Notes: generated by a model from the sequence alone, not told the origin. A DNA stretch of 64,000 nt from Octopus sinensis (GCF_006345805.1 NC_043011.1:10540001-10604000); one strand, 5' to 3'. Numbered from the stretch's first letter, positions 25,531 through 39,980 are shown. Numbers and translations are program-made.

Positions 25531-26354
25531 GCGTAAAGCAGTTTGTCACTCCGTCTTTTAATGAATCGCTAATATACGGTTCAAGTACCAGACTAATATA
25601 CGAAGTGGGGCGAGGTGATACGATCGACGAAACTCTCAAGGCCCAACAAATGAACCCCAAACAACATCAAACTGTAGTTCAGTCACTGAAATCGTAAAGG
25701 AATAACGAAAGTTTCACAAGTGGAAAATCGATTGAAACAAAGAAATATCTTCCAAGGATTTTATTATTCTTTAAAGAAACATTTTCCTCACATAAAAAAC
25801 TTCTATGAAGACAGTCGTTAATGTAAAAGAACCTTTAAATAAATGTTTTTCACCCTCAGACCATAAACAATCATTTTATTGTAAACTTTTCGAATAGATT
25901 TATATTGTACAGCGATCAAATTCGTTCTCCTTAAACTCCTTCCGCCCAACCGAATTTGAAAAGGAAAAATTCATTCTTACTTTAAAGCGTCTCCAGTGTT
26001 TCCCGATTCTGTTTTGCCAGAAGTAGATTCATTTGAAAGAAGGTCTCTCTAGGGTTCTGTTCGTCTGTATGTATGTGTGTGCATGTTTATATGCATGTGT
26101 CTGTTGTGTGTGTATGTGTGTATGTGTGTGTGTGTGTGTTTGCGTATATGTTATGTGTGTGAGTATGTGGTTACGTATGTATCTGTTGTGCATGTGTGAA
26201 TGTGTGGCTGTATATGTTTTGTTTGTGTGCGTATACGCCTGTGTATATATGTGTGTGTCGTCGTGTGTGTGTATATATGGATATGTAATATGCACTCGTC
26301 AAATGATAACTGTGCGTTGAAATTAATATGCAAAAACAAAACAAAATACTAATG

Positions 26355-26570
26355 TGATAAGCTGGCGGTAACGTTAGTGCGCCACTCAAAATGCTTTGCG
26401 GCATTTCTTCCGCCTTTACGTTCTGGGTTCAAGTCCCCCCGAGATCAACTTGGCCTTTCATCCCGTTCAGGTCGATGAAATAAGTACCAGTTGAGCACTG
26501 GGGGTCTATGTAGTTGACTGTACCCCTGTCCCGAAATTGCTGGCACTGTGGTAGAATTTGAAACCAAGGA
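26355..26570 (+). mobile_element. tRNA-derived SINE, near full length
   Basis: A-box-like tggcggtaacgttag, B-box gggttcaagtcc, body gcctttcatccc...gtcgatgaaataagtaccagttgagcactgggg. Confidence 0.8.
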
Positions 26571-26810
26571 AGTGCCCAGGGACGCCTGCTGCAAGAAAAC
26601 CTAAAATGGAGTGAGCCAAGAAAAATATAACTCAAATTGTTTTAGCTTATTCCATAAATATGTTAAGGCCAACCAAATTGTTCGTGTTTTTAATGTCTCC
26701 CCAGTAGAATCTCATTATTAATGTGAGATGTTATCACGAAAGTCGTTCTCTAATAGAGCCTCAACAATTTTAACTCTTTTCCTAAAGACAAAACCATGAA
26801 CTAAGCAATG

Positions 26811-26898
26811 AGAAGAAGAAGAAGAAGAAGAAGAAGAAGAAGAAGAAGAAGAAGAAGAAGAAGAAGAAGAAGAAGAAGAAGAAGAAGAAGAAGAAGAA
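26811..26898. repeat. (GAA)n microsatellite
   Basis: Direct reading. Confidence 0.95.
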
Positions 26899-28905
26899 CT
26901 TTTGACTATTCAATTCGATGAACAATCAGATTTATTTCTAAAACAATTTCTTCACAGATTCCCCTCCCTTACCCGTTGCGATACACAACACGCCATATAT
27001 GTACACAAATCTCCTCCTACTACAAGACCAAAGACTAACAATAGCAAAGATAATATCAAACAAAAATAAAATTCTGAGTGACGAAAGTTGGAAGTGTGTC
27101 TTTAACGAACCTATCAAAATATAATGTGAATAAGTTTTTTTGTTTTTGTTTTTGAGAATAATGGGGTGAAAATATAAGCATAATGGCTGAACAATTGCTA
27201 TAAAATGGTAAAGGAAACTGAATTGTGTCTTAAAATCATTGAAATCTTTATTGGTATTGATTTTATTAAAATTAATACCCAATCATTTATACCTTAACAT
27301 CAATAGCAACAGGAATAAAAACAGTTATAGGTAAACATCGTTGATTATTGAAGATACAAAAGTCGGCAAAAAACTGTAACATTTTGGGGAGTTAGTTTTG
27401 TTGGTGTTTGGATTACCGAATTGCGCTGGATCGAGAGAAAGGTTAATGCAGGTGAATTAATCTGATTGATGAGAAAATGCCAATTAATACGATTTTATGC
27501 AATAAAGTTCCACGAAGGATTCGAATTATTTCTTCGCTGTATTTTGAGTAGCAATATGATGCAGAACAAATATCTCAGAGACCTTACTTCAGAAAGCACC
27601 AATTATTTGGTTTCTCGCCCAAGTCTACAGACTTTATCAACATATATCGAGGAAACATACATACATACACTCACACACGCACGGACACACACGCACGCAC
27701 ACACGCACACACGCGCACGCATACACGGATGCACACACGCACATGCACACGCATAAATTGCTGTATTTGCTGGTAATATATTGGAAACTGACCTCAGCAA
27801 GATTTGAACTGTAAATATTAGGGTTAAAAACTAGGCGCAAACAAACGATTACCGATTCCTGCCGAATCAGTTGCGTTAATTAGTTTCCCTGCTATATTAA
27901 TTAACAGGAAAAACGTTTATCAGAGGAAGGAGAATGAAGAAGTATTGAAGGCATTCTTTAATTCTGTTTTGTCAGCAGATGTCAATTATTTTATAACGCC
28001 AAACATACATAATGTGGACCAAAGAATTATTCACCAAAATCTTAGTGATGTCTCATGTTTGGCAACCAAGTTTAGAGGAAGGCTTTATTACAATAAAGAA
28101 AATATGAGAGAAGAACGTAAATAACCAGAAACGATTTGTTTATGTAAAATATTTATATTTAGTTTTCAGGATGACTCCACTGAGCTTTGTCCCCCGCCAC
28201 CATATTGTGGATATTTAATATGTTTCTTGTCACTATATTATCTTCATTTTCCTATATATTGATCACGTGTAGCTCATCTCAATTGAGTAAAATATTTCGC
28301 TGAGGAGGTCAGGTAATATTAAAACATGTCTGTTATTTTTAACAGTTGGTTTTAAGAAAGAGATCCATTCCTGTCTTTATCTGCTGATTGTCGAAAAATA
28401 TCCGTCAACTTGCCACATTGTGTGATTGTTATTTCAGAATTTTAACAGTTCTACAGGGTATTCAGAATACCAATTGCTTCGATAATATTATCCGATTAAA
28501 TTTGTCCAACTCATTGTATTAGATCAGTCAAACCCCAAAGTTGTTTTTTTAATATGCTGAACGCTTCCCACCCTCGTAAAGTGTTTCCTGTCATATTGTA
28601 TGCGATATATCTACGTCAAAATATCACGTGACTGGTGTGCAGCTAAGCAAGATATGTATTTTAACATGTATAATTTCAGAAAACGAAATAAATATCAGTG
28701 GAATAATGATTGTTATCGTGTTATCGTCTTTGTACAAGATGCAACAGTTGCCGCCTACAATTTGCTTTAATTAAAATAATATCTTTGCAATCAGCCGCAA
28801 TAATGCCACATTACAGAGTTTTAATTAAATTCTGAGGCGGATTATTCCCTGCTGAAAACAACAAACGCACACATACATAAACTCACACACACACATGCTA
28901 TTTGA

Positions 28906-28958
<53 letters not shown>

Positions 28959-29214
28959 GTGAGTGAGTGAGTAAAACAGAGAAACAGAGGGAAGGATAAA
29001 ATAATGAGGAATGATTAATAAAAATAATGGTACTTAGAAAACTTGTGATGATCAAAGCAACTAATGATTTTTAATTCCACAATCGGATTTCTCTGCTTCA
29101 CAAATGAAGACAATATCTGCTATTAATAAAACCTTAATTAAATGTACTTGGTTCAAATTTCAGTTGGTAATATCACAATAACGATGAATATTCTTATCGT
29201 AAGTTTTGATACAT

Positions 29215-29390
29215 TTCAAATTTTGGTACAAAGCCAGCAATTTCAAGGACGGGATAGGTCGAATACATCAGCTCTAGTGTTCAACTGGTACTTATTTTAT
29301 TGACCTTGAGCAGGATGAAAAGCAAAATCAACCCCGGCGGAATTTGAACTCGGAACGTAAAGATGGATGAAATACCGTTGAGCAGTTTGC
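29215..29390 (-). mobile_element. tRNA-derived SINE
   Basis: caactggtacttattttattgacc...ggatgaaaagcaaa...cggcggaatttgaactc; same family as 26355-26570. Confidence 0.75.
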
Positions 29391-29398
29391 TCATGTTT

Positions 29399-29481
29399 AC
29401 TAATATTTTTATAAAGCTAAAACATCCCAGTCAGGCAACTCTTGACTGACTGGGATGCTTTAGCTTTATAAAAATATTAGT
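29399..29481. repeat. Hairpin with 36-bp arms and an 11-nt loop
   Basis: actaatatttttataaagctaaaacatcccagtcag / ctgactgggatgctttagctttataaaaatattagt, one mismatch. Confidence 0.9.
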
Positions 29482-29744
29482 TAATACTATTTGTTGAGTT
29501 TTTCACGTAGGCCACGAGGGCAGAACAAATATGTAAGTAGTTACGCGAAGCAATAATGGGAAATCAACAAACTTCAGGTTTGTTTGAATATGTTTGGGAT
29601 AGATTTCAAATTATAAAAGCTTTTTCACTGCCGCGAAGAAAAGAAAGAAAAAAGAATTTTCGCTTTCAGTACAAGGTGTACTGATCTTTTATAAAGCTTG
29701 CTACTTAGCTCAAAATCTGACCGTCTTGGTATCTGGCACTGAGG

Positions 29745-29940
29745 ACAACCAACAAGCTAGATATACATCTATTAGTCCAGAGCTGGAAGAATCCTTAGCA
29801 CGCCGGACAAAATGCTCAATAGTATTTCGTTCGTCTTTACATTCCACAAATTCACAATGTTCAAATTCCACAATGGCCTATTTTGCCTTTCATCTTTTTG
29901 GGGTCCCAAACATGCTTGCCTTGTAGCAAAATTTTAAACC
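29745..29940 (+). mobile_element. tRNA-derived SINE, degraded
   Basis: gagctggaagaatccttagcacgccggacaaaatgc...gttcaaattcc...ttttgcctttcatctttttggggtc. Confidence 0.65.
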
Positions 29941-30186
29941 ATTATATATAGCATTACATTCAATACAAGATTTTAATTTAACCTTTGAGATCTAAAGACA
30001 GGGCTAAAAAAATAAGCATGCCAACTGCTTAGAATTGGCGCCAGAATTTAAAAACAGAACCCCACATAAACCCGGGATTAAATGCCGAGATGAAAAATAA
30101 TCAAATTCTACGATAGAATTAAGAATTCATATAGACACAGTAGAGACTAGGTAAGGCTTTAATATTGCATCTCTCTCTCTCGCTCG

Positions 30187-30218
<32 letters not shown>

Positions 30219-31397
30219 CTCTTCCTCTCTCTTTCTTTCTCTCTCATTCTCTTTGTTTCAGACTTAGAGAAAAAATGATGAACAGTCCTATCGTATTAAG
30301 AAAACATTATTCCACTTCATGTAGAGATAAGTTAACCACTTGATAGTACCTATGTACATCTAGGTGGACTGAGCCAGCGAAAACACGTTCATCAACCGAC
30401 ACCGATGATGAGAAACAACGAATTGACGTGGAAACATTCAATGGCATGTGTGTGTGTGTGTGTGTGTGTCTGTCTCTGTGTGTGTGTGTGTTTGTGTGTG
30501 TGTGTTAGTGTGTGTGCTTGTGTGTGTGCGAAAGGAGTATATATATTTATGAATGTATTTATATAACTGATTATTCAACACACGAAAACGTTTATATTTT
30601 ATGTTGCCATTATTATCAGAAAAATATTGAAGCTGAAATGACAAGATTTCAATAAAGTTAATTAATTAAGATGCTAAAATTCCCGCTAAAAGAATATCTG
30701 ACAAATTACAAAAGTCTGCGGATCAATAGACTGCCTGTTTTTAATAGATTTGAATTTAGAATGAATAAAATTAATTTCATTAAAGTATATCTTAAAAGTT
30801 TTCAAGTCAATTTCGATTTTATGTTCTCACTACTATCAGACAAGAGTCTCACGTTACCTCAATTGACCCTGACATGCATCAAAGTTAGGAAAACATTTTA
30901 GTGTAGCCGATCGATATCAACAGATTTGATGTGGCTTAGATTCTATTGTTAAGAAACTTCACAGAAGTGTGTCACGTATTCAAGTACAAAACTACAGTAT
31001 TTATTCCAATACATAGCAATGCATTCCTCTTTATTCTATTATATTTTATGTAAATTAGTTTGGCTACAGCATATATATATATGCGTGTGTGTATGTGTAT
31101 AGTACTGTCTATAATATTACTAACCGTACTCTCTATACTATTATAGCACCTGTTATTATTAGTAAGACATATTTTGTTTTCAAGCCCTACATTCTGGTTA
31201 CCTCTTTTTCCATATCTTTATATTATCTAATTCTTCGAGAAATACATTCTCAACTGTTGAGACAGATATTTCAATCAGGAGACTCTTTCCTCAAAATATC
31301 GTGTCTCATTGCAATGATATCAACTAAAATAAGTTCAATGAATCCTTTTCTTGCTTTGAATCCAACAACGAAGTCAACGTTTATCTTACATTTCCAA

Positions 31398-31855
31398 TTG
31401 TGACCTCCTTCGGTCATGAATAACCATGGGATTGCAGTTAGAAAGTTACCCTCCGAGGCACAAGTCTGGGCAATGTTGTTTATGGAAGACCAGCAGTCGC
31501 CCACGCATACTAGCCTCCCCTCTCCACGCCACCAAGGGAAAGGCAAAGGCCGACACAGCTTGGCACCATAGACGTCGCAGCTCATTTATTAACGTGCAAG
31601 TGGCTGAGCACTCCACAGATACGTGTACCCTTAACGTAGTTAAGTGTGACAAGGCCGGCCCTTTGAAATACAGGTACAACAGAAACAGGAAGAAAGAGTG
31701 AGAGAAAGTTGTGATGAAAGAGTACAGCAGGGTTCACCCCCCCCCCCCCCCGCCGAAGCCTCGTGAGCTTTAGGTGTTTTCGCTCAATAAACACTCACAA
31801 TGCCCGGTCTGTGAATCGAAACCGCGATCCTACGACCGCGAGTCCGCTGCGCCTC
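31398..31855 (-). mobile_element. tRNA-derived SINE with RTE-like 3' tail
   Basis: Minus strand head gcggactcgcggtcgtaggatcgcggtttcgattc (B box); tail cccatggttattcatgaccgaagga. Confidence 0.7.
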
Positions 31856-33269
31856 TACACATTTCCAGTTAACCTGTACGAAACATCATGTCCTTACTAG
31901 TGCGCTCTCGAGGATAATAACAAAACGCTTTTGTTATTTTGGTCAGGCAAAATGGTATCAGAATGATTCCTTTCTTTGCCTTTTTGTCACAATGACAGTT
32001 TCCAAAGCAGGTGGCGGTTCTTCCGAGTACCAAAGAGGAGCATTTTGTTGCCGGTTGAGTATATGAAAAGTTGTTCTGCCACATTGCTGTGACCACCACC
32101 ACCACCACCACCACCACCACTACACCCCTCTCCTTTAACTGACCAATTATTCGCCAATCTGTTTCATCCGTGGCAATAAAAGATTAAAAGAAATGCCAGC
32201 CAAAATTGAAACCACGACCTTCATTATGTTAGCGAGATTGGTTTGATCTGATTGATGGAGTTGTTTGAGGGAGCGCGGAGGTGAAAGTATTCGGTTAGTT
32301 AGTCAGTCAGGTGGTGGTGGTGTTTGATTGTGTGATTGGTTGACTAGAGAAAGGGGGTGGTGTTGAGGAGGGGGGAGGTATTAACTGTTTCATTATCCTG
32401 TGAAGTTAATAGAATAAAAAGGCGACGTAATTAACTGTGTGTCATTAGCGCTTTCTGAGGATATGCCTCGGTGAGTGTGAGTGTGTATGTGTGCGTGTTT
32501 GTGCGTGCGTGTGTGCGTGTGTGTGTGTGCGTGTGTGCGTGCGTACATGTCTTTGTGGATATATACATGTGTACAATTATGTGTGTGATTACGTAAGTGT
32601 TTCTGCATATTTTCCTGAGAGTCAGACATTTAATATCGAAAACATTAATGATTCAACAGTGTGTCCAGTCAGATCCTCAAACGCATCTGCCCACACTCAC
32701 GCACACATATACTCACACTCACACTCACACACACACACACATGCACACGCACACACGCACACTTACACATGCACAGATATACACGCACGCTCACATACAC
32801 ACACATACGCACATACACGCATGCACATACGCATGCACATATACACAAGCACACATATATACACACGCAAGCTCGAACACACATACGCAGTTGCATACAC
32901 AGCCACGCACACACACTTACACAAACAAACACACATACGCACATATTGTTTGCTGGTTTTAGACATTGGATTGAGGTCATACGAGAAGGTTCTGCTAATT
33001 ATATCGATCCCAGCAATTAGATCCTCATTTGATCGATTTTTATTGAAGGGCTAAGTTCACTGCAGATATGACACTTTGGGAATTGTGACATCTTTTAATG
33101 ACATCAAATACCACAAGACGTTCTTCACCAACTTCCTTCGAACCAGATTCCGTGTGTCAAACCAGGTTTACAAGGAATTGGCCAGCCTTTGTCCAATTTC
33201 CAAGAGATTTCCAAGATAGGGCAGCACCACTTTACAGCTCGGACTAACTTCTTATCTTTTCTATTTTCT

Positions 33270-33640
33270 CTTTTGTTTCAATAATCTGCGGCCATGCTGG
33301 AGTATTGCCTTGAAAATTTTAATCGAATGAATCGACCTCAGAACTTATCTTTTAAGTCTGGTATTCATTTTGTTGGTCTCTTTTTGCCAAGCCGCTCAGT
33401 TACGAGGACGTAAACACACCAACACCAGTTGTCAACAGTGGCAGGGGACAAACATACACACACACATATAAATATAATGTATATACGATGGAGTTCTTTC
33501 AGTTTAAGCTTGCTAAATCCACTCACAGAGCTTTGATCATCCCGGGGCTATAGTAAATATTTACCTAAAGTAACACACAGTGGGACTGAACCCAGAATCC
33601 TGTGTCTTGGAAGCAATCTTCTTACCAACCAGCTACATCT
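33270..33640 (-). mobile_element. tRNA-derived SINE, near full length
   Basis: Minus strand: tggttggtaagaagattgcttcc...ctgggttcagtcccactg head, internal (TG) tract and tail shared with 14355-14540. Confidence 0.75.
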
Positions 33641-33646
33641 ATGACT

Positions 33647-34011
33647 ATGTGTGTGTGTGTTGAGTGTGTGTGTGTGTGTGTTGTGTGTGTGTGTGTGTGT
33701 GTGTTGTGTGTGTTGTGTGTGTGTGTGTTGTGTGTGTATGTTGCGTGTGTGTGTGTGTGTTGGTGTGTGTGTGTGTGTGTGTGTTGTGTGTGTTATGTGT
33801 GTGTGTGTGTGTGTTGTGTGTGTTGTGTGTGTGTGTTGTGTGTGTATGTTGCGTGTGTGTGTTGTGTGTGTTGTGTGTGTGTTGTGTGTTGTGTGTGTTG
33901 TGTGTGTTGTGTGTGTTGTGTGTGTGTGTTATGTGTGTGTGTGTTGTGTGTGTGTGTGTGTTGTGTGTGTTGTGTTGTGTGTGTTGTTGTGTGTGTTGTG
34001 TGGTGTGTGTG

Positions 34012-34042
<31 letters not shown>

Positions 34043-34137
34043 GTGTGTGTGTGTGTGTGTGTTGTGTGTGTTGTGTGTGTGTGTGTGTTGTGTGTGTGTG
34101 TGTTGTGTGTGTTGTGTGTGTGTGTGTGTTGTGTGTG

Positions 34138-34168
<31 letters not shown>

Positions 34169-35090
34169 GTGTGTGTGTGGTTGTGTGTTGTGTGTTGGTG
34201 TGTGTTGTGTGTGTGTGTTGGTGTGTGTGTGTGTGTGGTGTGTGTGTGTGTGTGTTGTGTTGTGGTGTGTGTGTGTGTTGTGTGTGTGTTGTGTGTTGTG
34301 TGTGTGTTGTGTGTGTTGTGTGTGTGTGTGTGTTGTGTGTGTGTGTGTGTGTGTGTTGTGTGTGTTGTGTGTGTTGTGTGTGTTGTGTGTGTTTGTGTGT
34401 GTGTGTGTTGTGTGTGTTGTGTGTGTGTGTGTTGTGTGGTGTTGTGTTGTGTGTGTGTTGTGTGTGTTGTGTGTGTGTGTGTTGTGTGTGTTGTGTGTGT
34501 GTGTGTTGTGGTGTGTGTTGTGTATGGTGTGTGTTGTGTGTGTTGTGTGTATGTGTGTTGTGTGTGTTGTGTGTGTGTGCTGTGTGTGCTGTGTGTGTTG
34601 TGTGTGTGTGTGTTGTGTTGTGTGTGTGTGTGTGTTGTGTGTGTGTTTTGTGTGTGTGTGGTGTTGTGTTGTGTGTGGTGTGTGTGTGTGTTGTGTGTGT
34701 GTTGTTGTGTGTGTTTGTGTGTTGTGTGTGTTGTGTGTGTATGTGTGTGTGTGTGTGCTGTGTGTGTTGTGTGTGTGTGTGTGTGTGTGTTTGTGTGTGT
34801 GGTGTGTGTGTGAGTGTTGTGTGTGTTGTGTGTGTGTGTGTGTTGTGTGTGTTGTGTGTGTTGTGTGTTGTGTGTTTGTGTGTTGTGTGTGAGTGTTGTG
34901 TGTGTTGTGTGTGTTTTGTGTGTTGTGTGTGTGTATTGTGTGTGTTGTTGTGTGTGTGTGTGTGTGTGTGTTGTGTGTGTGTGTGTGTGTTGTGTGTGTT
35001 GTGTGTGTTGTGTGTTGTGTGTGAGTGTTGTGTGTGTTGTGTGTGTTGTGTGTGTGTGTGTGTTGTGTGTGTTGTGTGTTGTGTGTGCGT
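33647..35090. repeat. About 1.45-kb interrupted (TG)n array
   Basis: Direct reading; source of the 400-500-aa Cys/Val ORFs. Confidence 0.97.
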
Positions 35091-35994
35091 GTGGCCGCCC
35101 TACTTAAACATCTGTGACATATACAAACACTGTATTCCGACGGAAAAATATAGAAGCGACGAGATTCATTGTTAGGGTAAGTTATTTCTCTTGGTTGGTC
35201 GAATTGGTTGGGAGTTTTAAACTTTAGCAAGTAATTCAATTCTAACGAAACATTCTTTGAAATGTTTCAGCGTTCATTGAAAATATTTGAATTGATTCAA
35301 AATGGCGATTTTTTTTATTGTAAACGTGAAATAACGAAATGAAGTTGTCAGTGAGTGTAGTGTTAGGGGCGAATTATTTTAACTCTCCATAGAATTTTAA
35401 AATCCTTGTACATTTAACCGATGCATGGGGATAACTTATGTGTTTCTTATAAATGTTAGTCATCTCATATTTCTGAATCTCGAATGTAATTTTGAGCGTC
35501 TGGAAAACATAATTCATATGTTACTCATGATCAATTGAGAGATTGAGCTCCTCATAATCCGATGATTGTTCGAAACTTCCTGGATATGAAACTCAGAGTC
35601 ACGATGTATTGCCATTTACAGACTACATGTAGTTATGTGTATTTATGGGTTTGTCTATTTATATATAGCAAAACCTACTCGAAGGTTTAGCCCCAACATG
35701 GCTGAAATCTAATGTCAAAAACCAAAGTGCATGTGTGTGTGTGCATGTTTGTGTGCATGTGTGTGTGTGTGCGTACGTGTGCCTGTGTGCGTCTGCGTAT
35801 TAACGTATGTATGCATGCTGATTTATATATATATATATATAACACGTATGTATATAAACACACTCACAGTTCTTTTCCTAGTTCCAGCGAACTGGATGTA
35901 AACATGTAGAAGCATAAATTATTATGTTAAATTTGAAAAATATATTCTGGAGAGATTTTTTTGTTTTGCAATTGTTGTTTCCTTTCTAACACAA

Positions 35995-36025
<31 letters not shown>

Positions 36026-37274
36026 CATACATACATACATACATATATACATACATACATACATACATATATACATACATACATACATACTCACACACAC
36101 ACGCACTTGCATGCGCGCGCACCCCATCAACCACCTCCAGACGCACACACACACACACAAGCACACACAAGCACACACGCACTCACATACACATATATAG
36201 TCTATTACCCTGGAGTTAATAGATTTTCTGTCACTCCTTTATTTCGGAGGAAATTATAAGTTCATGTGAAGCCTTCTTTGTGAGAAACGAACTACGTCAT
36301 CAATTTATGCTGGGTTATTACCAAAATAGACTTAACATAATATACAGCTAAAAATAGATTCAAGACTGCTTTTGGGTAGTGAGATCCAGTTCTTGCAATT
36401 CATCTGTCATGCAAAAGGTCAGAATATCAAAATAGTTTCGGTAAACATCGACGGTTGAATAATATATAACTTTCTCTAATGAACTGTCATAAGAGAGTTG
36501 CCAGTTTCTAATATATGCTTTCATTGCAGGTCGTGATAGATATGTTATTTTCGCTCGCTGTCGGCTTGTTTCTATTTAGATTTTTGTCGATAAAAGTTAA
36601 TTAACTTTTCGGGGAATTCTTCTGAATAAACTATCAGCACTGTTTTTGTACTGCTGAGTCCAAATACGAATCTGGGTAGAGCTATGATATCTTATTACCT
36701 GAATCCACCAGAAGTGCATGGATAGTATTAAGAAAGACACACAATTCGTTTTTATGTGTTGTAATTGTTTAACATAATTAAGTTTCTGTTGGTTAAGTAG
36801 AAAGGTTTTTATATTTAAAGAAGGAAAGCGATATGATGTGGCATTTCCAAAAGAATTAACGGCAGAAGAGAAGAGAAATAAATTTGATATGTTGTAAATT
36901 CGTGTTGCTATCGTGTTCCTGCATTATCTACAATGCTCGCCGTCGGAGCAGGTAAATAAATACATATTCAATGGCTGAGGGAATAGATTGATTCTCTTTG
37001 CGTTTTTATGTAGATATATTGAACATTAATGAAACTGTAAATTAACAATTAGAGATTGGGATGTATTAGGTCTGGTCAATACTATACGATGGAGGAAGAA
37101 AAAACGGGATTGAAAATTTGACTAAATCTAGCAGATGCGTCCACGTAGAAGCTTCTTCGTTAGCCTGTTGTTGACGTTGTTGCTGGTCTTCTTGTTGTTT
37201 AGCCCCAGGTCAGTCTTGATTCAATCTTCTATTTTAGGCATCGTGTACTAGAATCGAATTATCTAATAGTTCTT

Positions 37275-37591
37275 TGTTATGGGGATAATAGTAATAATCG
37301 AACACCCCTCCCACGTGAAGAATGGTATGTGCTAGTCATTACAAATACCGGAATGTCAATCGAATAGACGGTCATAGATAGTCGCATCTTTACTTGTCTA
37401 ACTGTTATATCGGAGTGGTTGTTATAACAGTCCGACAGAAGATTACAACAGTGGCGACGAGGAATTAAGAAACTCACGAGGATTAAATAAACTCACTAGG
37501 AGCTTTTTGTGCGAATTTTACGGTATACAAAATCGTAAAATTATGGACGAAGTGTTGGACGGTTTGCTCGAGTTGCAGAAACAGCAGCAGC

Positions 37592-37632
<41 letters not shown>

Positions 37633-39533
37633 ATGCTGCAATTTATGAATAAGTCGTCAAAAAATGCTGAAAAAATGTTCTCGCCAGATTATGTTGCAAA
37701 CCCAATAACGGAATTTAAATTTGAAGCAGACGAGAGACTTACCTTCGAGGCGTATTATAGAAGATAGGGACATATCTTCAATAAAGAGTGCAAAGATTGG
37801 GATGACGATATGAAAACGCGTCTAACCCTAAGAAAATTGGCAGCAGGAGCACATGAGCATTACAGCAATTACGTACTCCTGAAAAAACCTTCTGACATAA
37901 ACTTTAAAAATACAATAGAAATATTGTGTAAAATTTTTAGTGAGAAAAGTTCAATACACGCTGGAAATGTTTGAATCTAGAAAAGAACAACGATAAGGAC
38001 TGCATCACATATGCTGGTAGAGTTGACAGAGAATGTGAAGAGTACAAACTGGATGAGTTAACGCCAGACATGTTCAAGTGTCTGGTAATTACTCAGGGAC
38101 TAACTGCAAAAAAAGACGCAGAAGTAAGAACAAGAATTCTCGCTAAGCTGGAACAAATCCAAATTGTAACCTTACAACAACTGTCAGAAGAGTGTGAAAG
38201 AATAGTAAATCTAAGGCACGGCACAGAGAAAATTGAATATAAAGATTGATCGCAAGTGAAACAAGTGCGAAACAGGCAGAAGAGAAATCAAGTGTGTTGT
38301 ACTAAAATACAGTAGAAACAGGACAAGAATCAGGAAACAAACCCGTATTTTGTATGTGGAGGTCTACACCAGAGAAAAAATTGCTCTTTAAGAAAGTGCA
38401 ATGTTTCCGTTGTAGAGAAATGGCATATGAAAAGAGCACTGTAAAACCACGATGACAAAACGTTGGAACAAAAAAAAAGAGTAAACAAGATGTCGTCGAA
38501 AGAAAATGGTAATGTGAGAAAGGAAAATTGTAAATATGAAAATTGAAAATATAAGAGTAAAAATGCAGTTAGACACTGGAAGTGATATTAGCATTGTGAA
38601 TGAAGAAAGTTGGAAGTATAAAGGTAAGCCGAAATTAAGTAAATCTACAAAAGTAGCACACAGTGTTACGGGTAAGGCATTGTATTTTGTTGGTGAAATT
38701 GTGTGTCATGTGACAGCTCGTGACCAAATGAAAACGGCAAAAGTATATGTGTTAAAAAATTCAGTAAGTCTCTTCGACACAGAGTGGATGGAACATTTCA
38801 AATTGTGGAATACACCCATAAGTGTATTGTCGGGGAATATAGTCGATTCAGCCGAAGGTTCGAATGCAGTTGAGGGATTAAAACGAAAAATAAAGCTTTT
38901 ATTTCCAGAGGTTTTCACAGATGAACTGGGCTTCTACACGAAAACGAAGGCAAAATCTTAGTAAGACAAAGTGCAACACCTGTATTTAAGCCAAAACAGA
39001 ATGTACCGTATGCGGCGCTAGAACAGGTAAATAAGGAACTTGAAAGACTTGAAAGCTTAGGAATAATCGAGAAGACGAATCACTCAGATTGGCAGCACCT
39101 ACGGTCTACGTAAAAAAAGGAAAATAAGTTAAGTGTTTGTGCAAATTTTTCAACGGGGTTGAATGATTGCTTAATGTCACGTAACTACTCATTGCGGAGT
39201 CCTGAGGATGTGTTCGCAAAATTGAATAGAAGGAAATTCTTCAGTTCCATATTTAAGACATGAGGAATTATGTACATTATTTACATTATTTACAATTCCT
39301 GAAAGAGGATGCCAAATTAAAAATAAAAACATTAAATGTGTAACTATGAAATAGAAAAAACTCAAAAGAGGGAGGTGGAGGTGATATAAAAATTATTGCT
39401 AATAAAAGAAATAGAATTACACTTCCTTAGAAAATAGAACTTAAAAGGTGAGACGTTATGGGGATAATAGTAATAATGTACCGCCCCCTTCCACGTGATG
39501 AGTGGTATGTGATAGTCATTACAAATACCGGAA
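37275..39533 (+). mobile_element. Internally deleted Gypsy/Ty3 LTR retrotransposon
   Basis: 5' LTR TGTT...AACA 37275-37450; PBS TGGCGACGAGGA 37452-37463 (complementary to the tRNA-Ser(GCU) 3' end); Q-rich gag; protease LDTGSDISI; RT start PVFKPK..VPY...ELERLE.LGII; purine tract, then partial 3' LTR 39454-39533. RNase H and integrase are absent. Confidence 0.9.
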
Positions 39534-39947
39534 AAGAAAATAATAACTCGAGTGTTTGTCTTAAACAATTACGTGTTCGTAGTTGCTTGCACCATTCCTT
39601 TGTTTCTTTCGATGCCCATGCAGTCACGAGTAGATACAAACAACCTCTTGTTGAACCTCAAATACGCGATGACTGGCGGCAGATCGCCGCTGTGCCTCGA
39701 CTTGGAATGACAAAAAGCAAAATCGACCGCGACAGGAATTGAACCTTGACCATAAAAATCTGGACGTAAAGAAAAAAAAAATAGAACTACCATTACCAGG
39801 AATGTGACACGAACGAATCCAAAGGCCCAGTCGCCGTTAAGATTATTATAATCATTTCAGTGGCAGTGTGCACACGAACCACACACACACATATAAACAA
39901 TTATAAACACACACGCGCGCGCGCACACACGCACGCACACACACACA

Positions 39948-39980
<33 letters not shown>

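Noticed and set aside
33602-35239. 400-500-aa Cys/Val or His/Thr ORFs, and similar YI, MYVC, IHTY, LSIY, poly-N, poly-E and poly-G ORFs elsewhere
   Set aside because: They are translations of microsatellites that lack stop codons; there is no protein-like complexity.
37507-37767. Poly-Q host gene exon
   Set aside because: It follows the PBS and is the N-terminus of the Gypsy gag; the second Gypsy has a similar Q-rich start.
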